A DNA stretch of 58,525 nt, taken from assembly GCA_002245135.1 (NCBI GenBank), contig NGBS01001160.1, positions 806,001 to 864,525 of the forward strand, given 5' to 3'. Positions 37,828-50,599 of this stretch are shown here, piece after piece. Under the pieces are notes generated by a model, which saw only the letters and a list, made by a program, of their open reading frames with translations, had not been told where the DNA came from and did no database searches. The translations under genes and the position numbers were made by a program. The stretch is from Proteromonas lacertae. Taxonomy: Eukaryota. Within the stretch, counting starts at the first letter, position 1. Every line of letters starts with the position of its first letter.

Positions 37828-40800
37828 TTATTCTAATTTGATAGATTGAAGTTCATTAATAATATTTGAGAGATAAGTTAAATCAGGTTCAGTTTCAGCT
37901 TTCATATCATGTAAAATTGAAACGATTTCATCATGTTTCTCACAATTTGAAGCATTAACACTTTCTATTGTACTAGAAAGTGTATTATTCACATCTTCAA
38001 CATGACTCTGATAAGAAACAATTTCTTCACTCACTTTATCTTTCTGAGACTGTAAATTAATATGAATTTGTTCTAATGTTGTTGGAATATCTTTCACAAG
38101 TTCAACAACAGCTTCATTATCTTTAACTAATTCATTGATATTATTATATTTCTCTTGCAATCTGTCATACAATTTACATTCATTGATAAAACCAGGAGAT
38201 GGTATATTCTCTTTTGAAAGTTGTTCTATTTGTTTATCTTTTTCTTCATTTTGTTTGGTTAATCTTTCAATAATTGCACTAGCATTATCTGGTGTATTTC
38301 TAAATTCATTTATTTGATTCTCTAACTCTTTTTTCTCATTTATCAACTGCTCATTTTCTTCTTTATATTTGTTGATTATTTCTTTGGATTTTTCTAATTC
38401 ACCACTTGTTGTTGTTATTGTTTCTTGACATTGTTGTAGTATTGTGAGTAAATTATCACTTTCATTTGACTTAATAGCTTCTTCTAATTGAGATAATTGC
38501 AATTCTAATTTCTTCATATTATCAGCATGAGCACTGTTTTCTACTTCAATAATTGTTTCTTTTTCTTTTATATTGTTCTTTAAATCACCAACAACCTTTT
38601 CAAATGATGATAATTCATTGTCTTTCGATTTTATTATATCGTTCTTATCGTTAATTATTTTCTTTAATCTTTCAATTTCTGTATTACTCTTATTCAAAGA
38701 ATCTTCAGCTTTTTTATAGTTATCTATTAATACATCAGTTTCTGCTTTTTGAGTTGTTATTTGGTTGTCTTTTTCTTTATTTTGTTGTTGTAATTGTTGA
38801 ATTGTTTGATTTAATGTTTCAATTTCATTATTTTTACTTTCTATTTCATTATTCATGTTTTGAATTTCATTATTCTTATTATCAATTTCATTATTTTTGT
38901 TTTTCAATTGTTCTTGCAATGTATTCATTGCTTCATTACTTCCACTACTCATTGATTGTTGCAATTCTTGACTTTCCTGTAAATCAGTTCTTAACTTATC
39001 GATTTGTTGATCTTTTGATGTTATTTCATTGTCTTTTTTACTGATTTCTTCAACTAATTTTTCTATTTTTTCTTTCAATTCTGATAATTCATTATTATCT
39101 GATTTCAATTGGTTTAATTCGTTATTTAATCTTTCTATAATCTGATCTTTTTCATTAATTCTATCATTTAATTCAAATGATTCACTATTATCATTTCTTA
39201 AGTTGTTTATTTCACCATTCAATCTTTCTATTTCCTCATCTTTCTCTTTAATCTGTTGGTTATATTGATCTTGAATACTTGTTATCATCGATTTATTCCT
39301 ATCCAATTCAGCTTGAGTGGTTGTTAGTTTGTTTCTTAATTCATTCATTTCATAACTTTCTTTATCATTATCTCTGTTGTTACTTGTAATTGAATTATTC
39401 AATTTCTCACTCAATTGTTCAACTTCCATTTCTTTTGATTTTAATCTTTCTTGTAATTGACTAACTGAATCATTTAATTCCTTTATTTTTTCATCATTTA
39501 TTATATTATTATTATTATTATTATTTGTACTGGTGTTTATACCATCAGATATACTAGTTTGAGATAATAATCCTAATTTCTCTTTCTCTTTATAAGATGC
39601 TAATTCAGTTAATAAATTCATTTGAGATGTTCTTAATTCAACAATTGTTCCTTCTAAATCAGCCATTTGTTTGACAAACTCATGAATCTTTATTTCATAA
39701 GCTATTTTAATATTCAAAGCAGCAATTTCAGTATCACTTCCATCCATTAATAATGATTTCTCTGTATTGATTCTTTGTTTTACTACATTGCATATTTGTA
39801 CCAGAGTATTGTTAATAATTGGAACTGTTAATGGAGTCTCACAGAATGGAGTGTTTGTATATTTGCACAATATATCTAATGATGATAATAATAGTTCATA
39901 TATTGATTGATCTATTGTTTCATTCATTAAATTCTGTTCTAATTGATTCTGTCTTTGATATTGTAATGGTTGTTGTTGTTGTTGTAATGGAGTAGAAGAA
40001 GCTGAGAATGAATTATATTCATTTAATGATGTTGGATTTACTATTTCTTGTTGAGGTTGTAATTGAGTCAATCTTAATATTTCATCTTTCATTAAGTTAT
40101 TTTCTTCTATTATCTCATTCATCTTTTGTTTCAACTGTTGGTTTAATAATTCCAAATTCTCTAATTCTTTATTTTCTTTGTTTTGACATTCATTTATTTC
40201 TATTTGTAATTGTTGATTTGCTGCTTTTAAACTATCATTATCTTCTTTCAATGTAGCTATAAATAAATAATAATAATAATAATAATAATAATATATACAT
40301 GTTACTTCCATATTCTTATCAATAATATTACTCAATTCTTCTAATCTCTTGTCTTTATCTTCAATTATTTTGTTTAATTTACTTATTTGATTTAAATATT
40401 CTTTACTAACAACATCTAATTGGCTCATTTCTTGATATAATGTATTGAACTGTTCAGTAATCGATGATTCAGTGTTTTTACTTCTTTGCACTTCATCTAC
40501 TAATCTGTTCAAGCTTTTGTTCAAATCATCAATTACTAATTTATCATTTTGCTAATATAATAAAAATAATAACAGCTAATATATATATACAATTATCTTA
40601 TCTTTATAGGATAATTCATTCTCTAATTCTTCCACTCTGTTCATTAATTCAGTGTTCATTATCTTTATTGATGCTTTAGATTTCTAATTATTAAATAATT
40701 AAATAATTAATCCAATAATAATATATACAATATGCTCTTTTTCATTCTCTTCAACATTTATATGTCTGGATTCATAGATTCTGATTATATCTTTTAGATT

Positions 40801-41315
40801 TAAGATTTCTTTACTCTTTTCTACCAATTCAGATTGTAACTCAGACACATCTGATGGTACTGGAACAACCATTGTTTCCTCAGCAGCTATTGCTGGTGGT
40901 TGATACACTGGAATTGATTTATTCATGATAGTATTAATCTAATATATGAATAATCTATTAATAATACTCTGTTGTCTAATGCATGAGAATTATCTTTACC
41001 TAAATATCAATAGAATCACAATTTATACCTTTCTTTTCTTTTAATGGTTTAACACGAGATTGAGCAGTCTGAGTTTGACGATTGAAAGTAGGCTATAACA
41101 AAATTACACTCAAATTCATACAGTTGTTGATCTTCTCTCTGATGTTGATCCTATGTTAAAAATATAAATCACAAAATACCTGTTGACGATTTTGATGAAT
41201 TTAATGTAGAATACTAAGGAAAATAAAAGAATTGGTCATACATAGGAAGATGATTGTGGTGATGTATGATATGCATTACCTATTTATGCAAATTAAAATA
41301 TTATATAATACTCAT
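37828..41315 (-). CDS. Large coiled-coil protein (paralog A)
   Basis: Long heptad-rich ORF plus an in-frame series of 5' micro-exons from ATG 41315. Confidence 0.8.
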
Positions 41316-41490
41316 TTTATTCAAAACACAAAGATCAAGTTTTTAAAAATCCAACTCCTAATTCTTTAGAAACTCGGCTTGATTCAATAAATCTTCATTT
41401 TCTGATGAATTAACAATATTTTATGATTCAATAATCCAGAATAAAAATAATCTAAACAAACGAAAATAATTAAGGTATTTATAGTCACAT

Positions 41491-44400
41491 TTATAGATTC
41501 GCAAATATTTCAGAGTGAAGTGCTTCCATTCCACTGACAGTCTTTATAACATCTGAAACAACTTGGTTATTAGCATTACTGTTATTAATTTCCTTCAAAA
41601 CTGCTATATACTTGTTTAACGAGTTATGAAGAGCTGCCATAAGACAGTTATATTCATTATTATACCTCTTTGTCTCTTTCATCAATTGTTTCATCACTTT
41701 ACTATCTTGCTTTTGGAATCTTTGCATCATATCACCAAACATGTCTTTCAATCCAGATAGCACTGTCTTATTCAATCTAGACAATTGATCTTTAGCAGAT
41801 TCATATTTTATTTCTCTATCTCTCAATTCCTCTTTCAATGATTTGATTGTTTCGTCATTTCTCGCACTTTTATCTTTTAATTCTTTCACTAACTCCTGTA
41901 ATTGTACATATTCCTCTTCAGTTTTTGTATATTTATCTAAAATTATATTTAATGATTTTTTAATAGGTTCTTCAATTGTACTACTTTCTTTTATTAATTT
42001 AATCAATTCCAATAACTGTGAATTCATTTTCTCATAGTTTTGATGTAAATTAATAAACTCTTTATTAATCTGTAATATATTATCATTCAATGACTTTATT
42101 GTTTCACTTTTATTTTCTATTTCTATACCTAATTCATTGATCTTCTGTTCTTTTGACATTCTTAATTGTTTTTCTTCTTCTAAATTGTTTTCTAATTCCT
42201 GAATCTTTTTCTTTAAATCACACATATCATTATCTCTCTCAGTAATTGTATTTTTCAACTGTTCTATTAGTTCATACAACTCTTTCTTATCGTTATTCAA
42301 CTGTTCAATTTCATTCACTTTATTCTCAATTTCTCTCTTTAATCTTGCTATTTCTTCATTCAGTTTAGCAATTTCTTGATCTTTTTCACTTAGCAACTGT
42401 CTATATTTCATCTCAGTCTGTTGTAGTTCAATATCTTTTGCTTTATATTTATTCCTCCAATCACTTTCTAAATCAGAAACGTTTTTATCTTTATTCAATA
42501 AGTCATTTCTACTATCATCTAACTCTTTATTCAAACTATCAATCATTAGCTTATATTTCTCAATTTCTTTCTGTAAATTATCAATATATTGTTTCTTTCT
42601 TTCTAATTCTGCATCATAATCATCCTGTTTCTGTTTCATATCATTCAATAACTTCTTTTTATCATTTTCTAAGTCATTAATTTTATTCTGTAAATCAGAT
42701 TGGCTCTTATTACCATTCTTCATTAATTCTTCAATTTCATTACATTTATCTTGGTAATTCTTCTTCCATTTATTCAATTCTATTCTTAAGTCATTTATTT
42801 CTACTATTTGATCATTAATTGTCTTTTGTAATCTTGTCTTTGTATTATCATATTCATCTTGTAATTGTTTCTTTTGGTTTGTCATATCTTCCAAATCTTT
42901 TTCAGTTTGTTTATGCTTATCAGATAGTATATTATATTTATCATCTAAGCTTTTTATCATTTTATTCTTATCTTCAATTGTTCTATTCAATCCATCAACT
43001 ATATCATCATTACCATCAATTATTAATTGCATTTCTTCTATCTTCTTATTCAATCTTTCTATTTCTTCTTCATAACATTTCTTCATTAATGCTACTTCTT
43101 CATCATCCAATAGATTTGCTCCATTTGATAATCTGAACATTTGACTGTATTGTTTTACTTTTGGAACGATTTCTTTCAATGTATTAGCTATTACTTCTAA
43201 ACTCAAAGGAGGAGTAGGAAATTCACATTGACAATATTGACATAATCTATCCAAAGATGATAAAATAGATTCGTTATAATTTGCAGATATAATATATTGA
43301 TTATCAATAATTGCTGATATTTCAGTTATTGATTCATTCAATACATTGCATTTGGATTGATAATGATTACATTTCATCTGTAAACGATTAATTGTATCAA
43401 AGTTACCAATTTCATCTTTATCTAAAGCAGTTACTAATTCATCATATGCATCTAAAAACTCTTGAGTTGCTACACTATATTCCTCCTTCAATTGTTCTAC
43501 AGTCTTTTCCATATTTTGTAGTGATCTTTCTCTTTCATTTAATTGGTTTTCTAATGTAATAATTTGTGTTGAATATTCATCTATTTTCTTTTCATATTCA
43601 CTTCGTATATTGGTGAAATATTGAATGGCATTTTCATCATCTTTTTTAACTATTTCATAATTATTCACTTTGTCTAGTAACTCTTGATTCTCTTTTGTTT
43701 TTATTGATATATTCTTCAACAATGATGTTATATCATCATTACTGGATGTTTTGATGTTTTGATATATTTGTATATGCATTAATAACTCTTGCACTTGAGA
43801 TTCTAAGTATGTATTTCTGGTTTGTAATCTCTTTAATTCACTTTTTATATTATTCACTTCACTATTTGATAAAGTACTACTACTACTATTATTATTAATA
43901 TTTCCATATTTATTCATTTTTTCACCTAATTTCTTGATTGCTATATTCAATTCAGATTCTAATGAATTGTTTTTCAATCTCTCAGCATCATATTTTCTGT
44001 TTAATTCTTGAATATTTTCAACGTATTTATCATTGATTCTGTGACTTTCCACTATCTTTATTTCCAACATTCTTATTTCTTCTTTTAGATCATTTATATC
44101 TTTGGTGTTGATATTACTTGATTTTGATTGGTTGGCTTGATTCTTAGTTTGTTGCTGTAATTGTATTATATAATCATCTTGTTGTTGAAGTGTGATTTTT
44201 AGATTATTGATTGTTTCATCTCTATCGTTTAATTCAGCTTTTAATGATTTGGTTGATTCTGTTGATTTTTGAATTTCTTCCAGTTGTGACTGCAATTCGT
44301 AATACTTTGATTTCCACTGATCAATTTCTGTTTTTAAATCTATTGGATCTGAAGGTGTAATAAACTTTCTTTCAGATAATGGAGGTTCATAACTTTTATG

Positions 44401-44707
44401 TTTTGGAGGTTGTGGAGTTGAAAATCCCTAAACAAACAATAATTACAGTACATATACAGCCACTTGTCTCTGTGGAGATGAAAATGTATAAACACCAGTA
44501 GACATCATATATGGAGTTTGTGGAGATTGTATTGATTTACCAGAAAAAGAAGAACTTGGATTTTGTCTAATTGGACTTTTCTTTTGTCCTCCTAAAGAAT
44601 GCTAAATGAGATAAATAAGACAAAATTAATACAACATATGTCATCCTATATGGCTGCTCATCTACACAAATAAACTAGATTAATATACTTGATGAAGAAT
44701 AAGACAT
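41491..44707 (-). CDS. Large coiled-coil protein (paralog B)
   Basis: 934-aa heptad-rich ORF that extends upstream through short Ser/Pro-rich exons to ATG 44707. Confidence 0.8.
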
Positions 44708-44923
44708 TTCTAACGAATTACTTATCTTTCGAGTGTTTTATTATATGTATTGTAGAATTAAAATAAGTTGTAGCTTTTGAATAAAGAAAAAAAACTGTAG
44801 TAATATCAAGCCTAATAATCAAGCTTTTTGACGAATTTAAGAATATGATAGAAACGAAGAGTTGTTCAGAAGATTTCTTCGTTGCCCAATCATCTGCAGA
44901 ATTTTCTTCTTCATTTTGCAGAA

Positions 44924-46029
44924 ATGGATTACAAACCAAAGAACATACTTGTTACTGGTGGAGCTGGATTTATGTATATATTATATTAATTCTATTTATT
45001 CATAGAGCATCCAATTTGGTAGTTAAATTTGTGAAGAAATACCCAGATTACAAGATCGTCAATTTTGATAAATTAGATTATTGCTCTTCTTTAAAAAACT
45101 TGGATGAAATTAAAGATGCTCCAAATTATAAGTTTGTTCATGGTAATATTCTTTCTGCAGATTTGGTAAGGCATATCTTACTTTCTGAAGATATTGATAC
45201 TGTAATGCATTTCGCTGCTCAATCTCACGTGGATAATTCATTCGGAAATTCAATATTGTTCACTGAAAACAACGTAATGGGAACTCATGTCTTATTAGAA
45301 GCAGTAAAGAACTATGGTCAATTGAAAAGATTCATTCATGTCTCTACTGATGAAGTATATGGTGAACAAACATTAGATCAAGATGGAATGATTGAAACAA
45401 GTGTATTAGAACCAACAAATCCCTATGCTGCCACAAAAGCAAGTGCTGAATTTATTGCTAAATCATATTATAGATCATTCCAACTTCCAATTATTATTAC
45501 AAGAGGTAATAATGTATATGGTCCAAGACAATATCCAGAGAAAGTTATACCAAAATTCTACAATCAATTAGTAAGAGGAAAGCCATGTACAATTCATGGA
45601 GATGGTAAGAATATGAGAAACTTCTTGTATGTTGATGATGTAGTTGATGCATTTGATACTGTATTACATCGTGGTATTACTGGTCAAGTGTATAATATCG
45701 GTGGAAATAAAGAGAATGAAATATCAAATTTAGAAGTTGCACAAAGATTGATAAAGTTGTTAGAATTGGAAAGTAATGATGGAAATAATAACGAATTGAT
45801 TCAATTTGTGGAGAATAGGCCATTTAATGATTTAAGATATAGCATTGATTCTAGTAAACTTCATGCATTAGGATGGTATCCAAAAATTAATTTTGATGAA
45901 GGATTGAGAAGAACTGTTGATTGGTATAAGTTATATTCAGATAATTGGAGTAATGTTGAAAATGCATTGAAAGCTCATCCTAATTCATTAGTTAGAAGTG
46001 AATCAACTGAAACACACATTACTTATTAA
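44924..46029 (+). CDS. UDP/dTDP-glucose 4,6-dehydratase (RmlB/RHM N-domain type, rhamnose pathway)
   Basis: MDYKPKNILVTGGAGFI (one intron), DKLDYC, HFAAQSHVDNSF, HVSTDEVYG, PTNPYAATK, TRGNNVYGP.QYPEK, RPFNDLRY. Confidence 0.95.
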
Positions 46030-46388
46030 CATAGAATGATGTGTAGGTAAGAAGATTTGATTTTAAGATTTTTTTTTTTCTGATGATTTTTATTGTTTTA
46101 TAATTACTAGTGAATATTAAAATTTCATCTTCATAACATTTCAATAAAATGAACTTCTTAAGTGAATAGTATACGTAAACATGTTAAGAAATTTTCTAAG
46201 AATTTAGTTAAATTGTAACGAGACTTTCATTTTATATACAATATGTTATGTGATTGACCTGATAAACTATAAATATTAAGTATTCTCTCAACATCACTCT
46301 TCAATATATGTAGGATGATGGTGTAAATACAATCAAGGAGTGATTATTTTAAATTAGAAAATTATTTTGATAATTCTTTCTTTTCTTC

Positions 46389-46790
46389 TTATGAAAATCC
46401 ATCTACTATAATTGTTTCAATTTCTGAAAATGTTTCTAAAAATGATTTCAATATTGTTTTATCTATGTTCTCTTTTAATGTTATTGATAATTCATTTAAA
46501 TACTCAAATGTGTCTATGTTTTCTTTCATCAATTCTAATCCAGCTTCATTTAATTCATTTCCTGATAGGTATATTCTTATTTTCTTATATCCTTTTAGTT
46601 TTTCTATTATCATTTTCAATCCTTTTTCACTCATTCCATTATCTAATCAAAATAACAAATTTGTATTAATACTCGACATATTATATCTTTTCCTTCTTCT
46701 CCCTTACCACTAGTATATATTCCACATATGGATAGAAGAAGGTAAAATCTAATTATCCACAAGATATTTACGATTAAAAGAAATACGTTC
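46389..46790 (-). pseudogene. 3' fragment of an LRR gene, apparently truncated at the foldback element
   Basis: IYLSGNELNEAGLELM LRR exon and short upstream exons that stop at the element edge (46799). Confidence 0.45.
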
Positions 46791-46798
46791 TTCTATCC

Positions 46799-47433
46799 TG
46801 TTGTGCTCCGTTTGTCATAGTTGGCCGTTTGTCTACCAGACACTTTTAAAACAAACTAAATGTATATTCTTACTTGTCATGATGAAAAATTGTTACTTTT
46901 ATACTTACTTTGTTATATGACCTACATCTGCAGTATACTTTTTTGTTAATATAAATAGTTTGAATATTTGCGCCTTTTGTTTTCTAGAAATTTTTGAAGC
47001 AAACTAAATGCATATTTAGCTAATATAGACTAAAATCTATTAGCTGAAATGATTAGAATATAATAATTATTAAATCTTTCTATATAAAAAAGAAATGTAA
47101 AAATAGGCTTGAGTGAGGCTTGATTCTATATTTTCTTTTTTCATTTTATATGCCTTATGATCAACATTAAGTTGTTCTAATCATTTCAGCTGATTTATTT
47201 TAGTTTATATTAGCTAAATATGAATTTAGTTTGCTTCAAAAATTCTAGAAAACAAACGGCGCATATATTCAAACTATTTATATTAACAAAAAAGTTTACT
47301 GCAGAGGTAGGTCATATAACAAAGTAAGTATAAAAGTAACAATTTTTCATCAAGACAAGTAAGAATATACATTTAGTTTGTTTTAAAAGTGTCTGGTAGA
47401 CAAACGACCAACTATGACAAACGGCGCACAACA
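46799..47433. mobile_element. Foldback/MITE-like element with ~260 bp inverted arms
   Basis: 46799-47058 is the near-perfect reverse complement of 47175-47433. TG..CA outer ends and a ~115 bp AT-rich spacer. Confidence 0.8.
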
Positions 47434-47513
47434 TATGTGAAAAGTCTTATTTATGTTTGTGCTTTCATCAATATAAAAAATAGGATTTAAATTCAAACCT
47501 ATCAAGCTTTCAA

Positions 47514-48310
47514 ATGCTTTTTTTAATGTCGGATATTGACAATTTATTTACTATTGGAATAGATTTTGGAGGAAATTACTATGCTATTACAGGTTATGAT
47601 AATAGAATTAAGCCAATAGTTCAAAAAATCATAGAATATTATATAGTATATAAATGGGACTGTGACACAATGTGCCAGTGTCCCATTTTCGTAAGCTGCC
47701 TACGGGATTCATCCTACGAGGTCTACATCCTACGGGATGATCTCTTGCAATCAGCAACTTCAAGGATGAAGACGATGATGATGTTCCTTTCAATGCTGAG
47801 ATCATGGATCTGGATACTTACTTTTATTACTTACCTTTATTATAAACGATGTTGTTTGAATGAGTTCCTGGATGCCCTTTACAATTGCGTGTCGGAGGAG
47901 ATCACCTTGAATGAAGACGCTAAGTACGTGATCTTTAACCAGAAGGAAGACAACCAGGATCTTCCTGATGAGTTCATCAAGATGTACCTCATCTTCATGA
48001 AGCAACAGATAAGGAATCTAAGAGTGGTGATGACTGTGTATATTTTGAAAACTTTGTGCCAAGTTCCATCTCAGTGTTGTCCTTGGAGGAGATCATTTAC
48101 AACAAACAATAAACAAAGACTAAGTGTTTACTTCTTTAAGTGGATGTGGAAGGATCTCCTCCATCTATGGTGCCTATGAGCTTCTCACCATCAGCAGCTT
48201 GGCCAACTTCTAGTTGAATCCCCTTCTTAAGGATTCTTTATCATGTACTTGGTCGTATATTGATAGAACATTGACGGCAAAGTCATCTTCCCAGGAGTTA
48301 TTGCCATCTA
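47514..48310 (+). pseudogene. GC-shifted intronless ORF remnant of unknown origin
   Basis: Composition and codon style switch near 47655 and resemble the 50.6-55.2 kb island. The frame breaks after 48179. Confidence 0.45.
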
Positions 48311-50034
48311 AGTAACAATTTTGTAACCAGATCAACATAATACAAATAAGTTGTATATAAAATTATACAATAAGGAATATCCATTTTGTTTGTCTTTAAT
48401 TATTCCATCAACATTCCAAGATTTTGCAAGATGTTATATTACTTTAATAATAAGTGTTTGTTTATCAGTAATGCTGAACAAAGCATTTTTTAAAGAACTG
48501 TTTAAAAAACCATTGTCATATGCATCTACAATTAGTTTCAATATTTGAATTTTTGCAGTTTTTATTTATTGATAGCTCGCTGAATATAGTATTTTGTTTA
48601 TTTCCTTTTAACCCTTTAGCTATATATTTTAATGAATTAAAAAGATCAAATGGTGTGATTAACCTATTTTGATTCACTGCTAAGACTGAATGTTGATGTG
48701 AGTTATAAAGTTTCTTATTAGCTATCTATTGATATACTCAGCATAAAAGTTTATACTATAATTAAAGGAGGAAAAGAATTTTCATTTTCGTTGAAAAATT
48801 TTCCAAAATGTATACCATGATCACCTGTAATAATTGTTATAATATTTTTCAATGCATTAGATTCTAAACTGTATTATAAAATATACTATTTAAATCAGAA
48901 AGATAATTATTTAATTTTCTATCAATTCCGGCTACTGATAATTGATTTGCCTATCAATTGAAGTATTATATTATACATCATGAGTTTCAGAAAATGAAGC
49001 ATATGTAAAGGTTGATATATTGTGATTATTATAATATATTTGTGACTCTTTCATATAGTCAAAAAACATGTAGGAAATTCTTTTTCCATTAACACATCTT
49101 GGTCCTGTTCCATATACTCCGCTTTTATTATAACTAATGTTATAAATAAGTATACTGATTAATTGAAGAATGGCAGGCTATATTTATATTATGATCAGCT
49201 CCTGGTTTTTCTGGTATTCCATAATAATTCAAATTCTTATCACAAAAACCAGCTAAAGATATAGTCTTATAACCATTATCATTAAAATAATTAAATAATG
49301 ACTTTCTCTAATCAAATATATATGTTAATCTATTTTTGTACTATTTTTGCTTTACGATTATATTTTATTCCATAAAATAAGGGAACATAATTAGGAGCTG
49401 AATTAAGGCCAACTGTATGATATCTTAGCATGTCATATATGTAGTATTCTTTAGACATTGATAAGAGAAATTTTTGAGTGTTTTTAAACTGGTAATTAAA
49501 TGATATTCTTGACATTCCATCAAATAATAATAGATTGACTGATATTTTTTTAACTTTATTACAATTATATGCTTTATGTGGTATAAAATGTAATATAATG
49601 TAATTATGTATATATGATTCATAATATTGAATTTCATAATTGAATGTATGTTTTAATTCCTATTCTATTAGAAATGTATATACATTAGAGTAATTATAAA
49701 AAAATCTAAAATTATTAACATATATTCCATATGTTGATGTATTAAACAAGAATATTTTGTAACTAACATTTTTATTATTTGATTTTAATGTTCTTTTTTT
49801 GTTTTTACATATAAATGGCTTATTTAAAGGATATGTTACATATCTTCGATATGAACAATTAATTTTACATAGTTTAATATTAATTTCATATTTAGTTGAT
49901 GGATTCCAACTGTAACATAAAGTATTAACTATAGATATATACTTCTTTATGTTATAATATATATAATTGTATGATAATGTTATAACAATAATAATAGTAT
50001 TAAAAACAAAAATTATATATTTAAATTTAAACAT
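48310..50034 (-). pseudogene. DUF229 / sulfatase-alkaline phosphatase superfamily gene, fragmented
   Basis: Signal anchor, HTVGLNSAPNYVPLFYG, LFNYFNDNGYKT, PRCVNG, IITGDHG and RLITPFDLF are spread over several frames. Confidence 0.7.
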
Positions 50035-50343
50035 CTAGTGTAGTTAATTTTTACTAATTGCCTTTAAAGCATTTCTAATTGTTATATATATTATGTATAA
50101 ACATAAAAAAATAAAATTAAGCATATTTTTTTAGGTGATGAGTAAATTTACTTACATAGAACATAAAAAATATATGGGTATCTAGCCAGTGTTATTCTTA
50201 TGAATAATATATAACCAAACTCTAAAAATTCACAAATAATCATTTAAAAATAATCAAAAAATAAAAACAAAATCACCTAAAAAACAATAAGGGTTATAGA
50301 TCCTATTGTCCAAAATAAGATCAACGGATCTAATCAGCTGATC

Positions 50344-50460
50344 TATAACAAAGTAAGTATAAAAGTAACAATTTTTCATCAAGACAAGTAAGAATATACA
50401 TTTAGTTTGTTTTAAAAGTGTCTGGTAGACAAACGGCCAACTATGGCAAATGGCGCACAA
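50344..50460 (+). repeat. Solo partial copy of the foldback arm
   Basis: Near-identical to ~47315-47431 and ends at the same GGCGCACAA terminus. Confidence 0.9.
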
Positions 50461-50599
50461 TATATATTGTTGAACCCAACTGTAAGGTAATGTTGTATCT
50501 AAGATAACTGGATTCTTTGCATTGTTATCCATTAAAAAATTATTGCTTTCAGGACATATCTTCAGGTAGCATTGTATTGCTTCATAATTAATATTTCTA

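Noticed and set aside
1..46029. Stop codons created by polyadenylation, as known in some Blastocystis subtypes
   Set aside because: The gene models I could complete end in genomic stop codons. I saw no case that required a poly(A)-made stop.
47550..47600. IGIDFGG motif suggesting a RuvC/TnpB or Hsp70-like fold
   Set aside because: No further catalytic or family motifs follow. Too little to call.
50254..50532. 92-aa ORF
   Set aside because: It runs through the non-coding solo repeat arm and is likely spurious.
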